Source: a virus
IMG/VR virus record: IMGVR_UViG_3300023174_000067
Span: 32,001-96,000 of that record
DNA: 64,000 nucleotides
Direction: 5' to 3' (one strand)
The translations under genes were made by a program, and so were the position numbers. The notes beneath the pieces were generated by a model that saw nothing but the letters and a program-made list of their open reading frames with translations, was not told the origin of the DNA and did no database searches. Every line of letters starts with the position of its first letter. Positions within the stretch are counted from its first letter, which is position 1. This document shows, in pieces, positions 9,691 through 19,629 of the stretch.

Positions 9691-11559
9691 TTATTTAATC
9701 TCACATCCCGCAGCTCCACAAGCGATTTCACCGCTTAAATCAGTATTATCTTGTAATTCTACAATCTTACTTAAATCAATACTGTGTAATGATTTAAACA
9801 TTCTTTCAAATGTCTCTTTATCACAATCCTCAAAAGGGGCTTGTTTATAAGAATGGTCAGAATAGGGTAATACCGAAAGACCATTATAGAAATCACGATT
9901 ATTCCAAAACCACTCACCAGCTAATTCCCAATCTTCAGGTTTTAAACTTACGGTTGCCGATACGTTATGAGTATTTGAACCACTTCTGTGTCCAGGTCTA
10001 ACCCATTCTTGAGTAATCTTTTTGATTCTATCAAGAAGTTGGAATGGACTTTCAGTTCTTAAAATTGCTCCTTCTGGTGCCTTTTGTGGTACTGAGATAA
10101 CCGCTGTGTCGTGTGGACGGAAATATTCGTCCTCAACAAGTTCAGGGTGATTAATCGCAAGATAATTATAAATTGCTTCATTCTTACCTACACGAACTCT
10201 TCTAACGTAGTAATCATTATGCCATGCGTGGATACCACTTGATGTACCTAATGTTAATGATGTAGTACCTGCTGGTTTAACAGTTGTTGTTCTTGCTGAT
10301 TTGTTAATCCCGATAAGTTCCGCAACTCTTGAGTTTTCTTCTTTAACAAGATTTGCAGCTTCTTTCATATCATATCCAAGAACTACACCTGAACCAATAC
10401 CTGTCATAGATACCCCGATAAGAGCCTCTTTCTCAGTTGTTCTTTTCCAAACATCACGAAGATAATGGAAGTCAGTATAACCCGCTTGTAATGTTCCGAT
10501 GAACGCCGCTGCTTTAACACGATTGTTCAAATCTTCTTGTGATTCGATGTCAGATACATTTACCTCACAAAGATTACAGAATTGATTTGGACGAAGTGCA
10601 ATTTCACAACAAGGATTAGTACCCCAATCTTTATCATTTGTAAAATAGATTCCTGGTTCACCTGCTCCTGAAGCCTCAACTCTTTTCCATAAGTCCATGA
10701 AGAACTCTTTGGTAATTTTGTGTCTTACAAGTGCCGCTGAGTTATTAGCTCTTCCTCTTTGTGGATTATTCTCCCACCATGCACCTGCTTTACAAGCAAT
10801 CATTTCGTGGTCATCTGCACTGAACAATGAGATAAGTGCAGCTCTTCTAATTCCACCCGCAAGAACTGCATCTGCGATATGACAAACCATATCATGAACC
10901 TCAATAGGACTTAATTTATCACCATCTTCTCTTGCTTCTAACATTCCTTGTAGTTTGTGAAGACAATCTTTAAGTGGTTGAGGACCTGGTGCTTTACCAC
11001 CTGATGTTACAAGTTGAGCCCCTTTTGGTCTGATATCTGAGAAATCAAATTCAGGCATTGACAACTGTTCTCCGAAATAAGATTTGAACAACACTTTGAT
11101 TGCGTCAGCCCATCCTTCAATAGAATCTCCAATTAAAAATCTTCTTTTTCTGTTTGGGTTTGGTTTTCTGATTTCAGGTAATCTCTCAACATGATGTTTT
11201 TGTACTGAGTACCCGACACCTGTTCCACCCAAAAGTAAAAACATTGACTCCGCAAATGCGTCCAAATGGTCTATAGGTAGGTAAGCACAATTATAAATTC
11301 TGTTTGGAGAAATTTCGATTGGTTTTCCACCAAATTGCATCGACCTCATTGAGGGTAATACTTTTTTATCATACACATATTTGTATACCTCAACAATCTC
11401 ACTTCCGAGTTTTGGGTATTTTTTAATGTGCATATTCATGTTTCTGGTTACTAATTCTTCCCAAGTTTCTCTTCTATCAAGTTCGGGTAAAAATTTGGCG
11501 TATTTCATATACACCGTAATGTCAGACAATATCTTCTGAGATGCGTCCATTTTGTTCAT
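9691..11559 (-). CDS. nrdJ: Class II (adenosylcobalamin-dependent) ribonucleotide reductase, RTPR-type
   Basis: RRETWEE, YNCAY, LLGGTGVG, IRRAALISL, GTNPCCEI, TTVKPAGT and C-terminal CGAAGCEI cysteine pair; no small subunit adjacent. Confidence 0.9.
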   Translation of the reverse strand: MNKMDASQKILSDITVYMKYAKFLPELDRRETWEELVTRNMNMHIKKYPKLGSEIVEVYKYVYDKKVLPSMRSMQFGGKPIEISPNRIYNCAYLPIDHLDAFAESMFLLLGGTGVGYSVQKHHVERLPEIRKPNPNRKRRFLIGDSIEGWADAIKVLFKSYFGEQLSMPEFDFSDIRPKGAQLVTSGGKAPGPQPLKDCLHKLQGMLEAREDGDKLSPIEVHDMVCHIADAVLAGGIRRAALISLFSADDHEMIACKAGAWWENNPQRGRANNSAALVRHKITKEFFMDLWKRVEASGAGEPGIYFTNDKDWGTNPCCEIALRPNQFCNLCEVNVSDIESQEDLNNRVKAAAFIGTLQAGYTDFHYLRDVWKRTTEKEALIGVSMTGIGSGVVLGYDMKEAANLVKEENSRVAELIGINKSARTTTVKPAGTTSLTLGTSSGIHAWHNDYYVRRVRVGKNEAIYNYLAINHPELVEDEYFRPHDTAVISVPQKAPEGAILRTESPFQLLDRIKKITQEWVRPGHRSGSNTHNVSATVSLKPEDWELAGEWFWNNRDFYNGLSVLPYSDHSYKQAPFEDCDKETFERMFKSLHSIDLSKIVELQDNTDLSGEIACGAAGCEIK

Positions 11560-11573
11560 TTTTCGTTTTTAGT

Positions 11574-12956
11574 TTATTTGTTTTGTGATTCTCTTTGTTT
11601 TCTCTTCTCCAATAACTCTTTAACTCTGTTCTTTTGTTGTTCTTCTTTGTTTTCTTCAAACCCTAAGAATGTTACGGAACTTTCGGTATCAATAACCAAC
11701 AGTTCATTATCAAATTTACAGTTCTCAAAGATAATTCCATCGGAGCCAATACGAGATTTTGTGATAGCGATTGTCGCCAATTTCATTTCTTTTTGCTGTA
11801 GAGTTTTAGCGACTGAAATGATAACATGTCCAACTTGAGCTTTTTTAATGGAGCCACCCATTTGGTCTGTGGTAACGACCTCAGAAGATATTGAACTTCT
11901 GTTACCTTGTGTTGCGGTCCAACCTACGATATTAAGTTCATGACACATAGCCTCAAACCCTCTCATAACTGAACCTTCACTTTTCCACTCATCACCAAGA
12001 TTTTTATCAGGGACAACACAATCAATATAGTCCAAAAGAACCATATCAATTTTATTACCCTCAGCAATCATCTTTCTTAGTTGGTTTTTAATTTGTAACA
12101 TAGTCATTGTGTCTGACGGTAACTTTTTAAGTACTAACTTATTTGGCATCGTTTCTTTGATTTCAGTAATTTTTTTCATTACTTCGTCTTTCTTATTGGC
12201 CAATTCATCAGGAGAAATTCCCGTCCACAATGTAAAATGTTTTCTTTGTATAATCTTTGGGTTGTCCTCAAAAAATATTTGAAGAACATTATATCCAAGA
12301 TTAAATGCGTGGTTTGCAACTTTTGTAAGTAATGTTGATTTACCTACACCCGTTGGGGCTAATATCACACCAATCTCTCCTTTAGCTAAACCACCCTTAA
12401 GTAGTTTGTCTATAGATGGTATCCCCATCGGTACTGGATGTCTAAAATCGTCATTTAACACTTCATCAAGATTGTGGAACACATCCTCAGTTCCTTTATC
12501 AACCTCTCCAACCTGTAAAGCTTCTCTAACCATCTCTTCTAACGTATCGTAATTCTCAAACTCTCCACCATCAATAATCTTTTGAGCTTTACCCATTACT
12601 TTCTGTAACTCTTGTTGTTTACAGAACTTTAATGCCTTTTCCTGAACAAACGTCACACCTTCAAACGGTGCCTCTTTCACTTGCTTAATTGTATCTAAAA
12701 CAATCTTTGCCGCAAGTTCTTGTGAAATTTCTGACTTAGCGATTTGTTCCAAAGTATCAAACGATGGTGTTGATTCATACTTCTTATAATACTCTCTAAT
12801 CATCTGTATGATGATTTTAAAGTATTTATTTTCGAAGTAATGTTGTTCAATAACATCTATTATTGAACGAGAAAATTCTTTATCTAAAACAAGTTGATTA
12901 AGAAGTTGGATTTGAAAGGTGTTACCTAAATAATTAAAATTTTTGTCAGAATTCAT
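11574..12956 (-). CDS. Replicative helicase (DnaB/T4 gp41-like)
   Basis: GGLAKGE, Walker A APTGVGKS, LLDYID, WTATQGNR, KSR. Confidence 0.92.
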   Translation of the reverse strand: MNSDKNFNYLGNTFQIQLLNQLVLDKEFSRSIIDVIEQHYFENKYFKIIIQMIREYYKKYESTPSFDTLEQIAKSEISQELAAKIVLDTIKQVKEAPFEGVTFVQEKALKFCKQQELQKVMGKAQKIIDGGEFENYDTLEEMVREALQVGEVDKGTEDVFHNLDEVLNDDFRHPVPMGIPSIDKLLKGGLAKGEIGVILAPTGVGKSTLLTKVANHAFNLGYNVLQIFFEDNPKIIQRKHFTLWTGISPDELANKKDEVMKKITEIKETMPNKLVLKKLPSDTMTMLQIKNQLRKMIAEGNKIDMVLLDYIDCVVPDKNLGDEWKSEGSVMRGFEAMCHELNIVGWTATQGNRSSISSEVVTTDQMGGSIKKAQVGHVIISVAKTLQQKEMKLATIAITKSRIGSDGIIFENCKFDNELLVIDTESSVTFLGFEENKEEQQKNRVKELLEKRKQRESQNK

Positions 12957-12985
12957 GCAATTTGTCTTTATGTAAATGATAAATA

Positions 12986-13438
12986 TTAGACCTCAAGCGG
13001 AAGTCCAAGGTATTCGTAAGTTAAATTTTCTTCTGAAAAAATGTCAGTCAAATCTTTAAGTATACTTTTCAAGTAAGGACGTACATCTACCGTATATCTA
13101 ATCTTAGGTGGATAAAGTTTAGCATCATACTGTCTATGACAAATTGTCTCATCTCCGACTTTGATGTACATGTTAAAATATTCAACATCATCTGTCATTG
13201 ATGTATTCATAACTTTTGGGTCTTGTTCAATAAATGATTTGTTGTCCATCATATAAACAACGGTTTTCCACTTCAAGTCATTTTGTAACTCATTTTTAAT
13301 TTGAAACATTAGGTCATAAAGTTCAAATGAGTTTTTAACTCTTGGATTGTAATCTCTAACATTGTAGAATCTTTGTACGATAATGATATCGTTAAGTGTT
13401 AACAAAAATTCCATTTTAGTAATGTCCATCTCTTTCAT
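12986..13438 (-). CDS. Hypothetical protein in the replication operon
   Basis: 150-aa ORF packed between exonuclease and helicase, same strand. Confidence 0.7.
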   Translation of the reverse strand: MKEMDITKMEFLLTLNDIIIVQRFYNVRDYNPRVKNSFELYDLMFQIKNELQNDLKWKTVVYMMDNKSFIEQDPKVMNTSMTDDVEYFNMYIKVGDETICHRQYDAKLYPPKIRYTVDVRPYLKSILKDLTDIFSEENLTYEYLGLPLEV

Positions 13439-13455
13439 GTTTTGTTTTTTTTTGG

Positions 13456-14445
13456 TTATTTTTTCTTTTCCTTTCGGGTTAATTTTAAAAATGGTTTAAG
13501 GAAATTAATCCAAGCGTTGTCATCTTTTGGCAAATACTTAAACAATCCGTCCTCCATCATCATCTTCATCAGATTTTTATATCCCCTATCTGTGGGGTCA
13601 ATTCTTTCTTTATAAACTTGTTCCACTAACTCTTTCGCATCATCTGTAACAAGTGGGTTTCCTAAATCTACAATTTTTAAATTATTAGTATAAAACTCTT
13701 CTCCAAGTATACCATTTTTTGAGTGTCCTGTCAAAATTTTACCAACAATTTTTGGAACTTTCTTTTCTTGCTGTAAAATCCTAGCATTATCTAATAATTC
13801 GGTAATACTGCAGGGTTTTGTCAACATCTGTGGGAATAACTTAACCAATGTCTTTTCACCAAGTCCATCAATACCTGATATGTTATCTGACTTATCACCA
13901 ACAAATACTTTTGTTAGTAATACATTTTGATGGGGGATGTCAACTTTGTTAAGTGATATCTTATCACCGAATTTATAGTATTCTTTCTTAATAGGAGAGT
14001 AAATTTGGACTCTTTCTGATATGAGCTGGGTTAAGTCCTTATCCGCCGAGAAGATGGTTATATTCTCATCTAATGCAATCTTACAGTATTGTCCGATTAA
14101 GTCATCGGCTTCATTATGGGGAACCTCGACTTGTCTTACAAATACTTCTTCCAAGTATTGTTTAACTCTTTGTCTTTGATTTAAGTAGGACTCATATTGT
14201 TCCTCACTCATCTCATTTCTTCTTTGTGCCTTATAGTTGGGGTATAATTCTTTTCTAACTGATGTATTGGACTCACTGTCCCAACAAACAATTACCTTGT
14301 CGTAATTTCTTTCTTCTAAATGTTTTCTGATTGTATTAATGAAATGATATATCCCTCCGATATGTTCATTCTTGTTAAATAAATCCCTAACTCCATTATA
14401 ACCTATCATATACAGGTTATTCCCATCAATTAAAAGTGTTTTCAC
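13456..14445 (-). CDS. 5'-3' exonuclease/flap endonuclease (T4 RNase H-like)
   Basis: LLIDGNNL, RKELYPNYKAQR, EADDLI, SADKDLTQL, GDKSDNISGIDGLGEKT. Confidence 0.93.
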   Translation of the reverse strand: MKTLLIDGNNLYMIGYNGVRDLFNKNEHIGGIYHFINTIRKHLEERNYDKVIVCWDSESNTSVRKELYPNYKAQRRNEMSEEQYESYLNQRQRVKQYLEEVFVRQVEVPHNEADDLIGQYCKIALDENITIFSADKDLTQLISERVQIYSPIKKEYYKFGDKISLNKVDIPHQNVLLTKVFVGDKSDNISGIDGLGEKTLVKLFPQMLTKPCSITELLDNARILQQEKKVPKIVGKILTGHSKNGILGEEFYTNNLKIVDLGNPLVTDDAKELVEQVYKERIDPTDRGYKNLMKMMMEDGLFKYLPKDDNAWINFLKPFLKLTRKEKKK

Positions 14446-14485
14446 TTAACCATTTGTGAGGTGATAAAATATTGTTTCTAAATTA

Positions 14486-14514
14486 AGTATAGTTGTAAGT
14501 TATAGGTAAGTCAA
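14486..14514 (-). promoter_or_regulatory. Sigma70-like promoter TTGACT-N17-TATACT
   Basis: Near-consensus boxes with a 17-nt spacer, ~40 nt upstream of the exonuclease-helicase-RNR run. Confidence 0.7.
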
Positions 14515-14516
14515 TT

Positions 14517-15632
14517 TTATTTTTTTTCTTTACCACTATCTTGAGTAGCATATTTAATACCCATAATTGTACCAACAATTGAAAATGCATTTGTTAACAA
14601 CACACTAAACATATTACTCCAAGTTGAGCCAATAATTTGTGTTTCCTTTCCCATCATAATTGCCGTCCAATATAACATAGTTGTTACGATTCCTACTCCT
14701 ACAATTACCGCTAATGCGCATTTAACAATGATTTTAATTAACTCACTTTGACTCTTTTTCATCACCACATCCAAATCATTCAAAGCCGCATTCTTTTCTA
14801 TTTCTATAGAATCTTTAAGTTTTTGTGAATTATCTAACTCTAATTTCAAGTCTTTTGTTAGTGTTTCTATTTTATTTTTACTGATAACGGTTTCAGTTAT
14901 ATCAGTAGCAATTTTGATTACACTTGTAACATTTCCCTTACTATCTAATATGGGATTATATGTGGCTTGTAAATAAATAACACTACCATCCACTTTTTTT
15001 CTCTCAACCACACCTTCAAAAAACTTACCACTTCTTAAGGTATCCCAAAATATTTTATACTCATCTGACTTTGAATACTCATAACTAACAAAGATACTAT
15101 GATGTCTCCCAACTATTTGATTTTTTTCGTTGGGTTTATATCCCATCGCTTGTAAAAATAAAGTATTTGCATCTAAAATGAAACCATCAACATTAAAAGT
15201 AATACTTGCCGTACTTCTGTTAATTGCTTCTAATTGTTTTTTACTATTCGCAATTGCCGTAATGTCAGTAGCAACTTTCATTATTTTAGTAATCTTACCA
15301 CTATCATCAAAAATAGGATTGTATGTCGCTTGTAAGTTGATAAGGGTACCATCTTTTTTTATTCTTTCAAATTCTCCTGAATAATACTTTCCACTTCTTA
15401 AAATGTCCCAAAACTTTTCATACTCCGATGACTTTGCGTAATCTTTACATACAAAGATACTATGGTGCTTACCAATAAGTTCATTATATTCATCAACACC
15501 ATATCCCATCGCCAACAAAAAAATGTCGTTTACACCCAAAATGATACCTCCTAGGTCAAAATAGATAATGGCATTACTTCTATTAATACCTTCAAGTCGG
15601 CTTAATAGTTCTTCTTTAGATAAGTTTTTCAT
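14517..15632 (-). CDS. Tandem PAS-domain protein with coiled coil and two C-terminal TM helices
   Basis: Two repeats of INRS.A.I.F...G.IL..N..FL.AMGY...G.HHSIFV...FWD.LRSG...QATYNPI.D..G....K.ATDIT, as in BdlA-type chemoreceptor PAS domains; hydrophobic C-terminus. Confidence 0.85.
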   Translation of the reverse strand: MKNLSKEELLSRLEGINRSNAIIYFDLGGIILGVNDIFLLAMGYGVDEYNELIGKHHSIFVCKDYAKSSEYEKFWDILRSGKYYSGEFERIKKDGTLINLQATYNPIFDDSGKITKIMKVATDITAIANSKKQLEAINRSTASITFNVDGFILDANTLFLQAMGYKPNEKNQIVGRHHSIFVSYEYSKSDEYKIFWDTLRSGKFFEGVVERKKVDGSVIYLQATYNPILDSKGNVTSVIKIATDITETVISKNKIETLTKDLKLELDNSQKLKDSIEIEKNAALNDLDVVMKKSQSELIKIIVKCALAVIVGVGIVTTMLYWTAIMMGKETQIIGSTWSNMFSVLLTNAFSIVGTIMGIKYATQDSGKEKK

Positions 15633-15690
15633 AGGTTGGTTTACTATAAATATTTTGTAAAAAGTAAATAGTTAATAAAAAAAATAAATA

Positions 15691-15716
15691 AAAAAACCCT
15701 CCTTTATGGGGAGGGT
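15691..15716 (-). terminator. Intrinsic terminator after recA-like gene
   Basis: AACCCTCC/GGAGGGTT stem followed by a U-run on the minus strand. Confidence 0.75.
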
Positions 15717-15738
15717 TAATTTTGTTAAATTAATATTT

Positions 15739-16734
15739 CTATTCTGTTATTTCTACTTCTTCTGATTCTTCTAATGATAATTCACCATCACCTGATAATA
15801 TTGCATTCCAATATTGTGAGTAATCTTTTTTGTATTTTTCCAAATCTTCTTTGGTATCTTGAATATATCCGTTATGAACGGCTATTACTTTTCCATCCTT
15901 GTACCCCAAACCATTTACGTGGTTTTTAAGGATTGATACTTTTGTTCTAATAGCGTAAGATACTGTTCTACCATTCTTGGTTGCAGTAATGTGATTGATA
16001 CCTGCGTTCTTTTGATTACCAAATAAGAACACCAATGATGACGCCAACCATAAAGCCTCACCACCCTTCGCCTTAATTGTAGGTTGTCCAAATGGATTGT
16101 CAGGTAACTCAACCCAAGGCTGATTAACTACAACCATTGAGTTATAATACGGATAATCTTCTTTCTTTGATTTGGTGATTCTTGAATGAACTCCCATACC
16201 AATCTTATCCGCCAATGTAGCCGCATTATGTTGTTTGCCGCCCTTACCATCGAATGTCATTTTACATGGAATAGAACCAACTGAATCCCATAAGAATAAT
16301 AAGTTATACGGAACCTCACCTTTTTCTTGAGCATCCAACACTTCATTAATAAAGTCAGTAACCTGCTCAATATAATCAAATGAATCATTAAAGATAAAAT
16401 CCCCATCCCACTCTCCGTTTTCATTCTTTGTTGCTTGTAATCCTAACTCAACTGCGTGGTCCCAACTCCATTTCTTTTCTGTAATAATGAATACAGGTAA
16501 ATGCCCTTTCTTTTGAGCATCCGCGGCTGCAAGTATCATCGCGGTTGTCTTACTACTATTACTATGTCCCAAGAACATATTAATACCTCCCATTACAGGA
16601 CCTGGTATTCCACAAGCATTATGGAACGCTTCACCACAATTGTAGTAGTTTGTTTCTTTATATTTTGTTTTGGTTGAGAACTTATCTTTTATATTCCCAA
16701 TTCCGCCAATATCTTTTTTCTTAATTCCTGCCAT
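15739..16734 (-). CDS. RecA/UvsX-like recombinase
   Basis: P-loop GHSNSSKT, LWDSVG, VVNQ, KAKGGEAL, KNH; likely start MAGIKK at 16734. Confidence 0.85.
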   Translation of the reverse strand: MAGIKKKDIGGIGNIKDKFSTKTKYKETNYYNCGEAFHNACGIPGPVMGGINMFLGHSNSSKTTAMILAAADAQKKGHLPVFIITEKKWSWDHAVELGLQATKNENGEWDGDFIFNDSFDYIEQVTDFINEVLDAQEKGEVPYNLLFLWDSVGSIPCKMTFDGKGGKQHNAATLADKIGMGVHSRITKSKKEDYPYYNSMVVVNQPWVELPDNPFGQPTIKAKGGEALWLASSLVFLFGNQKNAGINHITATKNGRTVSYAIRTKVSILKNHVNGLGYKDGKVIAVHNGYIQDTKEDLEKYKKDYSQYWNAILSGDGELSLEESEEVEITE

Positions 16735-16747
16735 AAATTTTACTATT

Positions 16748-17491
16748 TTACATTCTAAATATAGTAAAAGTATTTGAATTATCCAATAGTATTGCGGTTC
16801 TATTTTCAACCCAATCTCCTGAATTTAGATAATGACCGTCTTCAGTCATCGTGTTTGAAGGTTGGTGTATGTGTCCACATATAACACCATAACACCCTTT
16901 TTTGTGAGCCATCTTTACGGCTTCGGATTCAAAATCATTTATAAAGTTTGTAGCAGTTTTGACCCCATTTTTAATTTCTTGTGATATTGACTTATATGGT
17001 AATTTCCTCCACGCTCTATATCTATTATACCACCTATTTAACCACAACGCCATATCGTATCCAACCGAACCAATTTTTGCCAACCATTTATATTTGGTAA
17101 TAAAAACATCTATCTTATCTCCGTGAAAAACATAATAATGTTTCTTAACAAAAAAATCATCCGTTGTATTATCATATAACTCCAAAACATAATCTTCCCT
17201 AACTTCAATCTTACCCAAATCAATATCCATAAATTCGGTTAAAAATTCATCGTGGTTTCCCCTAATCCATATAACCTTTGTTTTTTTTGATAACTTTAAA
17301 AGTTTTGTAATAACTTTTGTGTGAGTGTTCTTCCACTTAGAACCTCGTTTAAGCGCCCACCCATCAACAATGTCGCCATTTAATATTAATAAATCGGTGG
17401 GGTGAGAATCAATAAACTCAATAAACTCTTTTGCTTTTGAGTCCTTTGTTCCGAGATGCAAATCAGAAACAATTATTGCTTTATATTTCAT
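16748..17491 (-). CDS. Metallophosphoesterase, PlcP/LpxH2-like
   Basis: SDLHLG, GDIVDGW, GNHDEFL, HGD, GVICGHIH, YLNSGDWVE. Confidence 0.85.
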   Translation of the reverse strand: MKYKAIIVSDLHLGTKDSKAKEFIEFIDSHPTDLLILNGDIVDGWALKRGSKWKNTHTKVITKLLKLSKKTKVIWIRGNHDEFLTEFMDIDLGKIEVREDYVLELYDNTTDDFFVKKHYYVFHGDKIDVFITKYKWLAKIGSVGYDMALWLNRWYNRYRAWRKLPYKSISQEIKNGVKTATNFINDFESEAVKMAHKKGCYGVICGHIHQPSNTMTEDGHYLNSGDWVENRTAILLDNSNTFTIFRM

Positions 17492-17576
17492 ATCCCACAA
17501 ATTAATTTTGTAAGGATTATTAGTGTTGCGGCAGTTGATACAACAATAAACTCAAAATTAATATCTACTTTTTTTT

Positions 17577-18275
17577 TCATATCCAATAATTAAAATCCTG
17601 TTTAAAAAACTCATCGTTATTCCTATTCCACCAACACATAACCATAAGTTTTATCATATACCATAAACCTTTTTTCTCAAATCTTCTAGAAGGAGTATAA
17701 ACAAAAAGATTCTCCACTCTAAATTTATTTGGTACAATCTTAGAACTAAGATGGTAGTCCTCGGCAATTTTATCTTCATTATTAAATCCATTTAATTTAT
17801 TAAAGGTGTCGGTCTTAAACAACATAAATCCACCTAAAGCAAATGGTGTTGTTTTTGAACTAAACCATTGTATAACATTAAATATTTTATAAATCCAATC
17901 AAACTTACCATCTATTGTTTTAAACTTACAGGTCATCAAATCATACCTTCCTATTATCATTTTATTCAAACATTTAACAATTAAATCATCTTGTTTAATA
18001 TGAATATCCGCATCCAAAAATAAAACATAAGGCGTCTTGACTAACTCAGCTCCTTTGTTTCTAGCAACTGATGGTAATCCACCACTAATTATCTTTATCT
18101 GTTCTTTATATTTTTCTTGGAATTCATTAAGTAAAATAATACTTTCTTTATCAGTAGATGAGTCCGCAATAATTATTTTGAACTTTTCGGTTTGACTTAA
18201 AATAAAAATGAGGGTCTCAATTATAAGAGAACCCTCATTTTTACAAGGTATCACTATTGTAATATTTTTATTCAT
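17577..18275 (-). CDS. Glycosyltransferase family 2
   Basis: IVIPCKNE, DSSTD, ARNKGA, LFLDAD, GGF, AED, SRRF. Confidence 0.88.
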   Translation of the reverse strand: MNKNITIVIPCKNEGSLIIETLIFILSQTEKFKIIIADSSTDKESIILLNEFQEKYKEQIKIISGGLPSVARNKGAELVKTPYVLFLDADIHIKQDDLIVKCLNKMIIGRYDLMTCKFKTIDGKFDWIYKIFNVIQWFSSKTTPFALGGFMLFKTDTFNKLNGFNNEDKIAEDYHLSSKIVPNKFRVENLFVYTPSRRFEKKGLWYMIKLMVMCWWNRNNDEFFKQDFNYWI

Positions 18276-18312
18276 CTAATATAAATATTACATAAAAAAC
18301 TTAATAATTTTT

Positions 18313-18681
18313 TTATATGAACTTAACGTTATAATAAATTTGATTGTTAATTGGTTTTGAACAATAAACTAAAACTTTTAATCCTAAATTAATTCGATTT
18401 TGAATATTAGTTATTGTTTCATATTCATTGATTATATATGGAATATCATTATACCTTATATTGTTTGATTGAGTTATTAATATGTTCTCATTATCAATGA
18501 TAGAATCTAATAAAATAATAGATTCGTCAACAAATTCTTTACTGTATAAAGAACTTTGTGTTTGTAACAAATAAGACATAGTATCTTGAAATCCTTGTCT
18601 CTTATAAAAATCTCTAGCAATACCAAGATTACTATTGTCCATAAAATAATTATCCTCTAATAAATCGATTATATTTGCCAT
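18313..18681 (-). CDS. Hypothetical protein
   Basis: ORF with likely start MANIID downstream of a hairpin; no motif recognised. Confidence 0.5.
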   Translation of the reverse strand: MANIIDLLEDNYFMDNSNLGIARDFYKRQGFQDTMSYLLQTQSSLYSKEFVDESIILLDSIIDNENILITQSNNIRYNDIPYIINEYETITNIQNRINLGLKVLVYCSKPINNQIYYNVKFI

Positions 18682-18693
18682 ACTATTAATATT

Positions 18694-18721
18694 AAAATGG
18701 GTGAGGACATACCTCACCCAT
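18694..18721 (-). terminator. Hairpin/terminator after SSB gene
   Basis: Perfect 10-bp stem ATGGGTGAGG/CCTCACCCAT with 5-nt loop and short U-tract. Confidence 0.7.
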
Positions 18722-18735
18722 CATATTTTATTTAA

Positions 18736-19566
18736 TTAAAATGGTAATTCTGAATCGGTTTCAGAATCCATTTGTGGGTCACCGCCTAACATAACCTCAG
18801 AACTTGATGAATCACCAAACACATAACCACCCTTATCACTATCCCATCTTGGAGTTTCTCCACGGGCAATTGCTTCAAGATAATCTGTTTGTTTTTTAGA
18901 ATAAACATCTCTCCATGTTAACTCATCCTTAAGCCACTCATCAGCCTGAGCTTTTTCAGTGTGTACAGGACTTGGGTCATCATACATAACCGTTTGTATA
19001 ATTGTATAATCCTTACCTTTTGGTGTTTTAGCTTTCGCCAATTCGATGATTAAATCTCTACCTTTTTCAGGGTCAGTAACATCACCTTTAGCTCTCCAAA
19101 TGGGAATGATTTTATCAAGAACACCTTCGTTCTTATAATTGTGCTTGAAACGCCAGAACTTAACACCTTCTTCAGGTTTATCTCTGTCAATAACTTTAAC
19201 AATATAGAACTTACGCGACCTATATTGACTTGCTAATTGTTTATCCGATTCTTTACCAGTGGATATTAATTCTTCGTAAACTTCGTTGAGGGGTGAACGT
19301 TCGTTGTCGTTCTTTGCTGGGTCATAAATTTTATTCCATTGACCTCCTACCTGTACTTCGTGGAACCACGCTTCTACAAATGGTGAACTACCATCTTTGG
19401 TTGGTAAAATTCTAATTCTCTTCTGTGCTGAATTTTGATTTTGCGGGAGAATCGCGGCGAAGTATTTCTTCATCCTCTCTTCCTGAGACATTTTATTACC
19501 TCCTGAACCGCTTGACTGTTTTGATTTTTCGTACTGTGCTAAGACTGAATCTAGTGTTGACATCAT
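18736..19566 (-). CDS. Single-stranded DNA-binding protein (T4 gp32-like)
   Basis: RIRILP...PFVEAWFH, VKVIDRD.PEEGVKFW, D.TDPEKGRD, acidic tail ending ELPF. Confidence 0.85.
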   Translation of the reverse strand: MMSTLDSVLAQYEKSKQSSGSGGNKMSQEERMKKYFAAILPQNQNSAQKRIRILPTKDGSSPFVEAWFHEVQVGGQWNKIYDPAKNDNERSPLNEVYEELISTGKESDKQLASQYRSRKFYIVKVIDRDKPEEGVKFWRFKHNYKNEGVLDKIIPIWRAKGDVTDPEKGRDLIIELAKAKTPKGKDYTIIQTVMYDDPSPVHTEKAQADEWLKDELTWRDVYSKKQTDYLEAIARGETPRWDSDKGGYVFGDSSSSEVMLGGDPQMDSETDSELPF

Positions 19567-19599
19567 AATTTAAGTTTTATTTAATTTTATTAATAACTA

Positions 19600-19628
19600 A
19601 ATATAAACTCAATTAACGTCTTTGTCAA
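19600..19628 (-). promoter_or_regulatory. Sigma70-like promoter TTGACA-N17-TATATT
   Basis: Consensus -35, 17-nt spacer, upstream of SSB gene. Confidence 0.75.
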
Positions 19629-19629
19629 A

